Origin: Octopus bimaculoides
Taxonomy: Eukaryota
Assembly (NCBI RefSeq): GCF_001194135.2
Contig: NC_068991.1
Location: 41,091,382-41,155,381, forward strand
DNA length: 64,000 nt
Reading direction: 5' to 3'
Of the stretch, positions 1 to 11,722 are shown piece after piece; position 1 is the first letter of the stretch; the number at the start of each line of letters is the position of its first letter. The translations under genes and the position numbers were made by a program. Under the pieces are notes generated by a model. That model ran no database searches, was not told the origin of the DNA, and was given only the letters and a program-made list of their open reading frames with translations.

Positions 1-335
1 AATCTCGTCGATTGAGCGGAAAATCACCAGCTTCAATTTTTTCTCTTATTTTTAATATTTTTCTACGATATTTTTGTTTAAGTAATTAAATTTTGAAAAA
101 TTTTTAATGATTAAGAGTATTTTCAATTTTTAAATCTGTAGTCGGAAACATACGATTTTTTACTTGCAATTTATGGTTTAGCATTCCAATTTGCTCGAAA
201 ATTGTGAAATTAAAATTTACACAATTGTTTTTGGATCTTTTGGAAAAGATCCTTGTTTTTTTAATTAGGAAACTATTTCCAGAACAAAATTCTATAAAAT
301 CTATAATAATGATGATGATGGTGGTGGTGGTGGTT

Positions 336-452
336 TCAAATTTTGCCACAAGGGCAGCAATTTTCGGGAAGGAGACGAGTCGATTGCATAGACTCCAGTG
401 TTCAACTGGTACTTATTTTATCAACCCCGAAAGGATGAGAGGCAAAGTCGAC
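336..452 (-). mobile_element. SINE family B fragment
   Basis: Reverse complement of the repeat at 15041-15255, 21827-22040, 41221-41433 etc. Confidence 0.75.
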
Positions 453-458
453 TTTGAA

Positions 459-2904
459 AATAATAATAATGATTACTTTTATTGGCCACAGGGGCCCAAG
501 ATATGGAGGACAATATCGAAAGACGAGTTTCAGCACAAAAAAATTACAAAAATATGTGGGGTTAACGTCAATCAAGAGGGGATACTACCACATTGAAGAA
601 TGTAACACAAAGTAGAGAAATAAATAATAAATAGAATCCCCAATAGCGGGGCAGTCCACTTAGAGTAATCCGGGATAAACCCCCACACAAAAATCCTGGA
701 TTACTCTGCCATCTCCAAGGCAAGAGGAAGTGCCCTCTTCCAGTTTCTTTCCTCCTGCTTAAAAAAGCATATTCAGAATAAATTCATTCAGTCTCACCAG
801 TCTTGCCACTGTCAACCATCTCTTGATAAACACACTAGAAGGCAGCACCTCTTTCTCTATCTTCACCTTCCTCTTCAAATGATATTTGAAGAAATTGATG
901 AGGGCTTCACCAGATAGTAATGTGCCTGTCTTCAAACCTTTCAGACGGGTCCACCACACAGCCTTTTTTGGCACAGCTACTGAACAGAGAAAGATCTGCT
1001 TCCCTTTTCTGCTAAGGGAAGGTGGTTGGTGCGTCTACCTTCACTATACACTTGGCAGACAGCTAAATTTGTCTTACACGTGACAACAGCTGCTCTACAC
1101 AATCCCACAACCCTCTAATGCATGGACACTGAATTATTGCATGGAGGACAGTTTTGTCCCCCTGCAAGCATCTCGGGCAGGTTCAGCTATTGGCACTTCC
1201 ATGCCTGAAGAGCTTGTCTCAACCAGGCAATGCCCCCCTGTAACACTGCTAAGCCAAAGACTTTTGGAAATTGTCCATGATCTACAACCCAAAGGTCCTC
1301 TAGAAGAGACTACTCAGACTGTTCTCACTAATGCCTAGATTCAATCCTAGGCCATCATCACTCATACACTCAACTAACACCCTATAGAAATCTTGAGTTG
1401 TTTTCCCACTAACAGTTTTGGTTAGCTGGTACAATGCAGTGAGCACCTAGCAACATTCTAGATGCCAAATGCCCACCCTTAGTCTACGTTTGATCCATGA
1501 CTGTAGCTCTGTCAATGAGATGAGCTGCAGAAAGATATGTCACACAAAAGACACCCACACCGGTTCACCCTTATTTTTGTTGTCGTTGTCCTCATCATTG
1601 CAGTGATATAGATATTTCTGTCAGTGCATCAGCCTCAAAGCATGGTGCTGCATCATTAAGGATGTCATCCCAAAACCACCACGGTATGGGTGTTGACAGC
1701 AGATGGATTTTCTGATTAGTGGGACCTGACCCTTCCATAAGAATTGGAAAAGCAAGCGCTCTAGTCTGGTCAGAGATTTCTTAGGACAAGGTACAACAAC
1801 TAGGCAGTTTTACACTACTGAGGTGATATATGTATTCGCTACTTCTATCCAGCCTTTCAAAAACAGTTTCCTTTCTGCCCATTTCTGGGTGTGCTTGGCC
1901 ACCCTAGTCATGACCTTTTCCCAGTTCCTGTCTACTTGGAGATTTGGTTTGAACCAGACTCCAAACACTTTCACCAGACCCTCTCCATCCAGCAACAGAA
2001 ATCGCTGTTAGACAACTTGTCTCTTCAAGAACCTAGTTGCAAACCTACTGACTTGTCCTGATTTATGAGTGTTCCTGTGCATTCCTGACATTGTGTTGAT
2101 CTTTTCTTTGTCTGAAGAGTCTGACACCATAACAGTGACATCGTCTGCATTTGCACACACAACTCTCCTGTGACCTAGTTCAAGCAGGATACTCTTCAAA
2201 TTCTCCATCCTTTGCAGCAAGGGTTCTAAAGCTAAAATATACAAAAGCAGGGAGAGGGGGCATCCTTGGCATACCAAGCATTCAATATTGAAAGGTTCTG
2301 AGAGGTGGCCATTCAGTTTAACAACTGAGCAGATGCCACTATATATTGTGGTCATCCAGCCTCTGAGGATGGGACCAAAACTGATAGCTTTTAGGACAGA
2401 CACCAGATGGTGATGGTCCATGCTGTCAAAAGTTTTGGACTGGTTCAAATTGACCAGTGCCCCTCCAAAGCCTGATCCATTCTCAAGCCATTCTACAATG
2501 TATTGCATGAGGTGGAGATTGTCATGGATAGATCTATCGGGGATTGCACAGGTTTGTGCATTCTCGACTATACTACTGACAACAAGCGCCTGCCTCTTGG
2601 TAAGTACCTTAGCTAAAATCTTTAGCTCAATGTTGAGTAGACTTATGGGCCTGAAGTTTTCAATCATATCCTCCTTGTTTGGATCCTTTCTCAACAGCAT
2701 CACTACTCCCCGGCTCACACGACTGGATATGCTTCCCGTCTGTTGCCAGGAGCAGTAGACTGCTGTTAAAACAGGTGCAAACAAGTCCAATAAGTGGGCA
2801 TATAGTTTATAGGGCAGACCATCCAATCTAAGTGATTTGCACCCCATGTAGCAGCCCAGTACATCTTCCACTTCCTCCACTGAAATCAGCTTCTCGCAGC
2901 ACTC
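459..2904 (-). mobile_element. Tx1/L1-clade non-LTR retrotransposon, 5'-truncated, degraded (RT + C-terminal Cys motif + 3'UTR)
   Basis: ORFs 2008..2991 (NFRPISLLN, QTCAIP, QGCPLS, ADD), 1810..1995 and 759..974. CPRC motif near 1150-1185, AATAAA at 478-483 and (ATT)n tail at 459-470. Frameshifted. Confidence 0.88.
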
Positions 2905-3420
2905 AATGATGATGGTGATGATAATCAGCACTTTTTCTTTATTAACTACAGGGTTCATGCAGAAGATTGGGGATAGTACAGGACAATACACCTTTCAGCA
3001 AATGTTTAGCAGGCAACACTTCTCTCTCCACTCTTATTTTCCTGATCAGGGATTGGCCAAAGAGAAAAATGTTTTTTAGCCCCTTCAACCTTGTACTCCA
3101 TTCAATCTCTTTTGCCATGGCCACCAGACATAAAGACAGCCTGCCCCTCTTAGTTAAAAGAAGACAGCTGAGTGATCTTCACAATGGATTCAATCGAGTC
3201 AGATCTGTCCCACACATGACATAAACCCACAGGTCAGCAATGCTCAGACACTGGATAAGTGCATGCATGACAGTTTCATCATCCTGCATGCATCTTGGAC
3301 ATGCTTGGCTGATGGCACTTCTGTGCATGTATAGTTTATCTCAAACAGGCAAAGCTCCCCAGTAGCATTGCCAGGCCAGAGATTTTTGGAAGTTATCCAT
3401 TGATCCCAAGCCAGCTAGTT
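2905..3420 (-). mobile_element. 3' fragment of a second, related Tx1-like LINE
   Basis: ORF 2942..3124 (WSTRLKGLK...RKIRVEREVLP) is paralogous to 759..974. DNA 3241-3320 resembles 1121-1205. It has its own AATAAA (2938-2943) and (ATC)n tail (2905-2925). Confidence 0.75.
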
Positions 3421-4236
3421 TTCCACTAGCTTATCTTCTTCAACTCCCAAGGTCTCCCCAAAAACATCAATAATAATTCTTTCTAATTTTGAGGATCTTT
3501 TCTTTTTTACCTCGTTATATTCCGAAACCACATTCAACTTTCTACAGATACCCTAGCATAGTACAACTACACTTCGTAGTGTTTGTTTCTACCCACTTTC
3601 AATAATTTTTAGTGTTTTGCCTTCAGTTTTATTTCATTTTCAATTATTTTTACGCTTTTTTAACCCTTTGTCGTTATTCTCAATCATTCATTATTACTTT
3701 CTCTCTCTATCTATATATAGAGATAGATAGATACATATATTATATATATACATATATTATATACATATATATATACATATATACATATATATGCACACAT
3801 ATATATACACACACATATATACCCATACACACACACACACACATAGTTAAGAGGGAAAAACTCGAGTCTTGTGAATTTTCCGAAGTCCTTTCCCCACCCC
3901 TTGGAAAAGATTTCCCCCACAAATTACTTTATAATCGTAATGTATGCCATTTAAAAGGTATTTATATAAAATTTCATTGAAAAAAACCCCATTTTCCTAA
4001 AAGTTATGAGGGAAAAACTGAGTTCTAGAAGCGCTGTATCCCACCCACACTTAACAAGAAAACTTCTCACACACTCTACCACAACAAACCACACTACATC
4101 TCTTCACTTCCTCACATTTCCTCCTTCATACACTATGCCTACCTCTCATCCCAAATCTTGTTCCGAAGGCCCTGTTCCTCTGTATCATTGCTATCTGGTA
4201 GTAGCACCAGCACCCCAACTCTATATATACCGACGT

Positions 4237-4804
4237 TTTGGATCTATTTTAAAACGGGGGCCACATTTTTCATTAATGTTTTACGTAGTGTTTTTGGTAC
4301 GGAAAGACTTTCAAACTTCGTATACTTATCTATTTTGTGTTATAGAACAGAAAAATATTTTTGTATTCAAATTTATTTCATGTAAAAAATTGTCTTATTT
4401 CGATAATTTCAACCAATCACTGACAAGTATTCAGTTGTTTATATTTACTCCTTTGGCTGATTAAGCGGTGTAAAGCGTATTTAATCTCCATACCTTCGTT
4501 TTATTTGCTTTTTTCATTTTAAATTTGCTTTAACCCTAACCGTAGGGTTAGGGTTAGGGTTAATTGTTTCAGAATCGTTTGTTTATGTAGTCGGCACTTA
4601 ATGTATATCGGCTGAATGGACGTCAGTGATTGGTTGAAATTACAGAAATACGACAACTTTAACATGAAATAACTTATGGATTTCTTTTTTTTTAAAGAAG
4701 ACTAAGAGAAAAAGATGTTTTATATGACACATTCTACCAGTGTTCCAAGTTTCAAAGTGTTTCGTTAATGAAAAATGTGGCCCCCGTTTTAAAAAAGATC
4801 CGAA
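4237..4804. mobile_element. Fold-back MITE-like element with central TTAGGG/CCCTAA hairpin
   Basis: 40-bp terminal inverted repeats (4237-4276 / 4765-4804, 2 mismatches), perfect 21-bp inner inverted repeats (4404-4424 / 4622-4642), centre 4530-4563. Confidence 0.75.
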
Positions 4805-4989
4805 GTTTTTGCCCCACATCTGCACTCTTTAATCACGCTTCCTCGCTATACCCTGCCACTTACGTTATGACGTTCAAACCTCAAGAGTATGCCCTGGCAC
4901 TTGCCACCATCTATATCTCTCTCTTCCTTTACTCAATCATCCCATTAATATTTTGATCCTAGTCCCTTTTGAGTATGCCCAGCACTTTG

Positions 4990-5570
4990 CCACCATCTCT
5001 ATCCTGCTGTCTCCCACTCTCTCTTCACTTCTCTTAGGTTGGGTAACCATGTATTTCCTTTGCGGGAGTGCACATGTTTCTGTCTTCATTCCTGATCTCT
5101 CTCTCTCTCTCTCTCCCCAATTGGGTAACCTTGTACCTCCTCTACAGCAAGACACCAGTTTCTATCTCTCTGTCTCATAATAATCTTTCATCATTCTACA
5201 CAAGATCACCTCCTCCAATTCCCCCTCCCCTCTCAAAAGAAATTTTTTGTCTTGCAAGTACTTGGTAACCCTATCAATGCAGGTGCCACTCAAAAGCACC
5301 CAGTCCACACTATAAAGTAGTTGGCGTTTGGAATGGCATCCAGCTGTAAAAACTTTGCCGAAACTGACCTTGCCTGTGCTGGTGCCACGTAAAAAGCACT
5401 AAGTCCACTCTGCTGAGTGGTTGGGGTTTAGGAAGGGCATCCAGCTGTAACAATCCTGCCAAACTGTTGTAGAAGTCTGGTGCAGGTTTCCGCCTTGCCG
5501 GCTTTTGTCAAACCGTCCCACCCATGCCAGCATAAAATGTGGACGTTAAGCTATGATGATGATGATGTTA
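4990..5570 (+). mobile_element. RTE-like LINE 3'UTR-derived repeat ending in (GAT)n
   Basis: AAAAGCACCCAGTCCACAC...AGGAAGGGCATCCAGCTGTA...CCCATGCCAGCAT...GATGATGATG is shared with the tails of the RTE copies. The pyrimidine-rich upstream module is also seen at 47440-47600. Confidence 0.65.
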
Positions 5571-6119
5571 TAAACTATTAAGAGACTATAGATGGTTGAA
5601 TTGATAGGATTCTAAACAAGTTGTCAGAAGGTTAGTTGTTTGTATCCTACTCCTGGTATTATGTTGTATAATTCTTAAATAGCACAAGCCACCTTTCTTT
5701 AAGCAGTTAGGAATAACTAGTTTTTGTGAGGAGCAGCTCAGTAAAATTTGCTAATATTTCATGAAAGGGAACAAGCCAACAAAGAAGCTTCTATCTGGTC
5801 GATTGACTTGCTTGAAATAGCAGCCAAATCTCTTTCATAATACACCCTAGCATCCTAGAAAAGAAAGAAACATTGGGTAATATGATCTTGGAGGTGATTT
5901 GCCTGAGAGAGAGTGAGAGAGAATGTGCGTGTATATGTGTGTACTGCAGAAGGAATGTAAATAACTCGTGTATATCTTCGTGGACAGGAAAAAATAGAAA
6001 GTTTCACTCCTTGAATTGGTAAGGATAATTAATCCAGTGCTCTTTAATAAACTGAAATATATTCATTGAGATTTGAAGCATATTTTAACGTAGGTTATAT
6101 TTAATCACGGAATTCCATG

Positions 6120-7700
6120 AACCTATTTTTTTACGGAGCGGGTTTTTGTCCTACACTCATCTTTTACACCATACACACAAATGGTTTGCAATAATCAATT
6201 ATACAGAGGGGACTTTTTAGAGTCAACACCGAAACTAAATATACAAGATGTCTACTTCCAGTTAATGTCACGTTTTTCTTATCCTGTAGATGGCAACCGG
6301 GCCTGGATTTATTACCATTAAAGTGACATACTATATAATTTCTTTTAGAAAACGCACAGTTTGATTTTTGTTTGTTTTTTCACGGTAATAGCATTCTGTT
6401 TTTGCGACCAGAGAGCCAAATACCTTCAAGTGTTTAAGTTACTTGTTGAGAATCAAAGATAAACATTAGGTAAAGTTTCGTTTTTCAGTTTTTTCTTGAC
6501 CCCCCCCCCAAAAAAAAAACAACATTTTTATGCATTGGATTTAGGATAAATAGGAAATACGAACAGTTCTAAGCTGTTCAACGATATTTCATTTTATTGT
6601 CTAATATTTTCCTACGGTCACCTTGAAAGCCCGGCTTCGGTTGAGATTCGTAGAATGAGCTTTTCAAAGTTAAGGTTACTCTTTGCTCTATGTTGACAAA
6701 TTGAATTCATTCTTAGTCAACGAACGAAAATAAAGCTTCTAATGCAGCAAGTAGTTATACATCCTATTAAAAAACAATAAATAAAAAGCTTATTGTCAAT
6801 CTNNNNNNNNNNAATCGAACGACATGATCAAATACATTCCCGCTGTGATCATCCTGTCTCTTTTATTCAGATTAGTATATATCAATCTGTGGGATATTTT
6901 TGCAGTAATTTTTTGCTATTATAAACCCGTCTCATGAGACTGGTGTAATCTTTGGTCGATGAACTTTCGGAAGGTAAATCTTCAAATTAACACCCGTACG
7001 ATTTTCACTAGGGCGTTAGGGTCAGGGTTACGGTTAGGGTTAGGGAATTCCGTCCCTAACCGTAACCGTAACCTTAACTCTAACCCTAACCCTAACACCC
7101 TAGTGAAAATCGTGCGGGTGTTAATCTGAAAATTTACCGAAATTTTTATTATTACATCCATTTCGTGAAACGGGTGTAATAATAATTTTTTTTAAAAATT
7201 TATAGATTTCCTTGATTCTGTATCGGGTTTACTTTATGAATCAGAAACTTCGGTCGTCCCGTTTTGTTTTTCTTTATTTTATTTTTGACTTCATTCGTGT
7301 GTTCATTATGACCCTACGATTTTTTCTTCTTTTAGATTGCCAAACTACATGTATGCAAATACAAGTCCAGCTAATTAAATTTTGAAAATAATTACTTTTT
7401 ATGAATCCTTTTGTTGTATTCTTTATTAAGAATGCATTCGTTTCTTATTGTTTATTGCAATGTCAATCCTAACTACGCAAATCTATGATCAAAGGCATTT
7501 CAGTTGTGACTATTTCATCTTTTAGCCAGACATATTGTATGGACAGGAATGGTTTTGTTGTTAAGAAGTTCGCCTCACAACGACATCGCTCTTGATTCGA
7601 TTTTTCTGCGCAGCACTTTCGGCAAATGTCTTCTACTATAGGTTCAGGTCGTCTAAAGCCTTACTAGGTGGAATGTGAGAGATAGAAACTGTGTAGAAGT
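6120..7700 (+). promoter_or_regulatory. Inferred CpG-retaining promoter / non-coding first exon region of MTIF2
   Basis: CpGs are frequent here and nearly absent from about 8.2 kb on. There is a strong AG|GTAAAG donor at 6469/6470 and a CTCF-like CCTGTAGATGGCA at 6283-6295. Coding exon 1 has a splice acceptor, so an upstream exon must exist. Confidence 0.35.
6917..7185. mobile_element. Nested-palindrome fold-back element with telomeric-type repeats
   Basis: Long hairpin 6965-7142 with (TTAGGG)-like left arm and (CCCTAA)-like right arm, flanked by two related short palindromes (6917-6950, 7146-7185). Confidence 0.7.
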
Positions 7701-7730
7701 TCGTCGGAGATACTGTTTCTGTTTTTGGGT
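7525..7730 (+). mobile_element. SINE family A fragment (degraded)
   Basis: Similar to the 12580-12800 and 37484-37635 heads (GTTAAGAAGTT...GGCAAATGTCTTCTACTATAG). Confidence 0.55.
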
Positions 7731-7899
7731 GGTAGATTTAATCTATCATCTGGTTTAATACCATTACTTTTCTTTGGATACTTTTATTACAGGCCAGTTT
7801 GTTGCAAGCATTTGCTCTCCCATCAAAGGATAACTTTCTTCCACCAATCTGAAAGAGGTTACAGATATTGTTTTTACTAAATCATTAAAATAAACAAAT

Positions 7900-8200
7900 C
7901 TAATGGAGGACTAAAGGCCCCCTTCGATCATGAATGACTATGGATTGCACCTAGAAAGTTCCCCTCTGAGGCACAAGTCAAGGCAAGGTTGTTTTTGGAA
8001 GACCAGCAGTCGCCCATGCATACCAGCCTCCCCTCTCCACGCCACTGATGTTATCCAAGGGAAAAGCAAAGGCCGATATGGCTTGGAACAGTGACGTTGC
8101 AAATCATTTCTACAGATGACTGAACTGGAGCAATGTGAAATAAAGTGTCTTGCTCAAGAACACAAAACACAGTCTGGTCTGGGAATCAAACTCATTACCT
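7900..8200 (-). mobile_element. Putative tRNA-headed SINE of another family
   Basis: On the - strand it has a B-box-like GAGTTTGATTCCC followed by TTGAGCAAGACACTTTATTT, a typical SINE core junction. Single copy in the window. Confidence 0.45.
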
Positions 8201-10257
8201 GAGCCATGCACCTTCACAATGTAGGACTACATAATCCAATGTCCCCACTTTGCAGACTCCCTCAGGCTAGTAAAGCTTGTTATTCTGTAGGTCAGTCTGT
8301 GGAGAAAACTTGAGTAATGAGGAAGTCTTGGAGGGGGATTGCAGTTCTGGAAAGTAAGAATTGGGCAATATTTTTTGCAAAATTTGCAGAGTATGATGTA
8401 GCAAGTTTGACAAGAAGAGGGAAGCTGCAGCATTGGGTGGGCAGGAGTATTGTACAAATTGCTAGTTTCAGAGCAGCATGAACTATTGTAGTAAAAGTAG
8501 AAGTCAGAAGAAGAATGCAACATGTCAATGTGTGTGAGTAAAAATGTGTAACTCGTGAAATAGTTTGTTGGGAGAAAGGAACATTTCTAAGATGCTACAG
8601 TGGCACTATACCATATATGCAACCAGTACATTTGTACTTTGTAAAGAGTCAGAAACTTTCAGAGGTAAACTGCTTTAGGTTTTGAAGAGAAAGTGTAGCA
8701 TTTGGTACATGATTTTTGTTATATGTGGATATAACAGAATGGTCTCTCCATCATCCTTATTCAACATAACTAGTGTAACAAATATCTACATATCAATGAA
8801 CATATAGCATATGACAATGCTGTGAACAAAGATAGAGTAAAGCCAAAGACTATTATACCAAACTTTAAAAAGTATGTAAGTCAGAATCTCTTCTTACTAC
8901 ACAATATTTCACATTGCATTTGCAGTATCAGTACTGATATTAACATTTGGGGAACTTGACTGGTGATCTTTAGAGAATATCTGTTTAATAGAAATTAAAA
9001 CCTATAAGATCTTGACACTAACTGCAGGCTTCTATGAACAGTGGAAAAGAGGAGGGAAGAGGTTTAAGATTAGTCTATCAGCCTTTTAGTGTCATATAGC
9101 ATTGCTCTTGTAGTGTCTACTAAACATTGACAGCAAAAAAAATATATCAACCAACTGTATGGTGTTGTTCATAAGTGAACAACATCATACAGTTCTGCAG
9201 TGAACTCCTCAAGAAGTACTCACTTCCTGATTACTTTCCCTCTAACCCTCCAGAATTGGACTTGCATACTTCAACAAAGATTTGGAAGAAAAATACTACA
9301 TAAACAAAAATTTTGCATGTATGTCTCCCATAAACTTAATGAAGGTGTTAACATAGCACACTGTAGTCTCTTTTAGGTTAGTGACCATTTTGTCCCATCA
9401 CGTGTCAAAGATTATGCTTTTACAATTTAAGAGCAGGAACTAGCTACAAAATAGCTAGTGAACATAAGAAACAGTGAAGCCTTTAAACCACCGAGAAGCA
9501 AGTGAAAATGTTATGTCACATTTATGTAGACGATATTACATATGATCAGTAGCTGCCCGCAAAATGTCTTGAAGGTACTTCCTTTGAATGTATTGTTGCT
9601 TTATATACATTGTCACCTATTGGAAAGACTGCCCTGGGATAAACATCTGCCAGTTGCAAGCATAACAGGTCTAATGTAGTTGTATGGGACAGAAAAAAAT
9701 TATATACAGCTATATATGTCAGCTGTGTTGCAGGTGTGAACATTTCTTTCAAAATCAGTGGGAAAGAGAATATTTATGGACAACTACTTTCAAACCTATA
9801 GCTCCTCTACACAGAATATAAATTTACATAGTAGATGTCCAATTGGCAGTCTTGAAACATTATGGTTTTTAATCAAAGAAAGTCATTGGCTAATGCAAAC
9901 TTTGCAAATACCAATCTTTTAGTGGAACAGTAAAAATATACAAGATTTTTCTAGCATTTAACATTTAAAATGTTTATTGGCATTTCTTCCAAGTGTACCT
10001 TCTGAGTTCAAAATCCATCAGGGTCAACTGTGCTTTTCATTCCTCTAGGGTCAATAAAATAAAATACCACTCAAGTAATGGGGTCTTTTTAACTGACTAA
10101 CATCTTCCCACTAAAATATTTGGCCTTGTACCAAAATTTGAAGCAATTACTTTTATTATACAAAATTCAAGTGATCGAGAATTATTTTTTGTTAGAAACC
10201 AGTTCCTTATAGAAAGAATTAAAATATTTAAAAAGGAAAGATAGCATGCATGCATGC

Positions 10258-10333
10258 ATCCCTACCTATCTACCTACCTACCTACCTACCTTACCTACCT
10301 TACCTACCTTACCTACCTACCTACATACATACA
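10258..10333. repeat. Compound (CTAC)n/(CTACCTTAC)n/(CATA)n microsatellite
   Basis: Direct reading. Confidence 0.9.
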
Positions 10334-11120
10334 TATGTGTATGCCTGTGTGTAGAGCTATTGTAGTTCCTTTCACAGTTCGCTATGGTGTTATTGGGTTT
10401 GTCCTTATCTCCAGTTTCTGTGACATTAAGCAGATGAAAGGAAAGACACATCATTATCTGGAATGTACACCAACATATTACAAGTTAATTTGAACTCAGT
10501 AATGCAAGTCAACAAAATCACTTATACTACAGTGTTACTGTTAATAAGAATGAATTTATGCCAATCAGCAACAACTACTTGAGGTAGTGAACTGGCAGAG
10601 TTGTTAGAGAATCAGACAGAATGCTTCATGGTATTTGTTCTGACTCTCTTCACACTGAGTTTAAACCCTGCTGAGATCAGCTTTGTCTTTTATTCATTCA
10701 GAATTGATAAAAACTACCAATCCAAGCTAGTGGATTGGCAAGAACTGTAAGAACATTGGACCAGGTGCCTTGTAGTATTTGTTCCAGGATTTTTTCAAAT
10801 CCCACCATGGCTTACTTGGATGGTAAACTAAACCTGTTACCAGTTTAAAACCACCTCCTGGTTACTTGGGTGCCTTTAATGGAATCTACTCTGCTGCAAG
10901 AATTTGGGTCAGGTTTCCAGTTTTAGGGTATATTTCTTCCTCCCTCCCACCAGTTTTCTCCCACTGTCTTCTCTCCTGACTAAAAGATAAAAAAAAAAAA
11001 ATTATCTACCTGAAGCCAGGTGGAATGAATGGACCATTGAAACTAAGTGTCTCACTAACAGACACATCTGAGTGATGATGACAGGATAAAAATTGCCTTC
11101 CTCTTGATTAGTTGTTCAGT

Positions 11121-11157
<37 letters not shown>

Positions 11158-11563
11158 GTGTATACACAGATGCATATAAATATATTTATATATGAATCTA
11201 TGAGTTTGATAAGCTCAATGCAAAACACTCATTTCTTCAGTCTGATATTTAACTTTAAACACAAAGTATATTTGCTCGTACATTTTGTGTTTCTCTTGCT
11301 TGTTTCATCAAACTATATATATATATCTAAAACCTTCACAACATTTGCTATCAATAGGCATTGACACATGTTCTGTTTATTTGATATTTTCTTCATTATT
11401 TATGAATTACGGAATGCCATTTAAATATGAAGCCTTTGTCTTACTATATCCTTAAGGTATTTCACATGCTGTTTCAGTATCCAGCGCATACCACTAGAAT
11501 ATGAAATTGGAACTAGACTATATCTACCTTGTTTTTCTATATTCTTTTAACATCTAGGGTGAA

Positions 11564-11722
11564 ATGGCTCATGGAAGAATCTTAAGTTTGCTACTTCAAA
11601 TTGAAAGGCATGTCATGTTTAAGGCCATAAAATCAACTGATGTGTTATTGAATTCAAGAAATGTTTTAAAGCGACAGCTTTACATGTCATCTCCAGTTTA
11701 CTTTGCTAAAAGAAAGAAAAAA
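11564..11722 (+). CDS. MTIF2: MTIF2 coding exon 1 (MAHGRILS...FAKRKKK), mitochondrial targeting peptide-like
   Basis: Polypyrimidine tract plus TAG acceptor at 11555-11557, ATG 11564 in gaaATGG context, donor AA|GTAAGA, phase 0. Assigned by composition and frame fit, not by strong homology. Confidence 0.75.

Noticed and set aside
204-596. 130-aa ORF near the window start
   Set aside because: It runs through a (GAT/GGT)n tract, a SINE fragment and a LINE 3'UTR, with no recognisable domain.
2420-2758. 112-aa + strand ORF
   Set aside because: Antisense shadow of the LINE RT frame.
3553-3585. Small hairpin plus CTAG resembling a Helitron 3' end on the - strand
   Set aside because: CTAG is not followed by the expected T, the stem is short, and no matching 5' TC end could be assigned.
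7011-7100. Interstitial telomere or chromosome-fusion scar
   Set aside because: The repeats are few, degenerate and embedded in non-telomeric inverted arms, and they point inward around a unique spacer. A MITE explanation is simpler.
8200-9750. Possible ancient transposon or LINE relic upstream of MTIF2 coding exon 1 (also 16560-17500, 50040-50460, 51380-51620)
   Set aside because: No motif could be recognised in any frame; it cannot be supported without a profile search.
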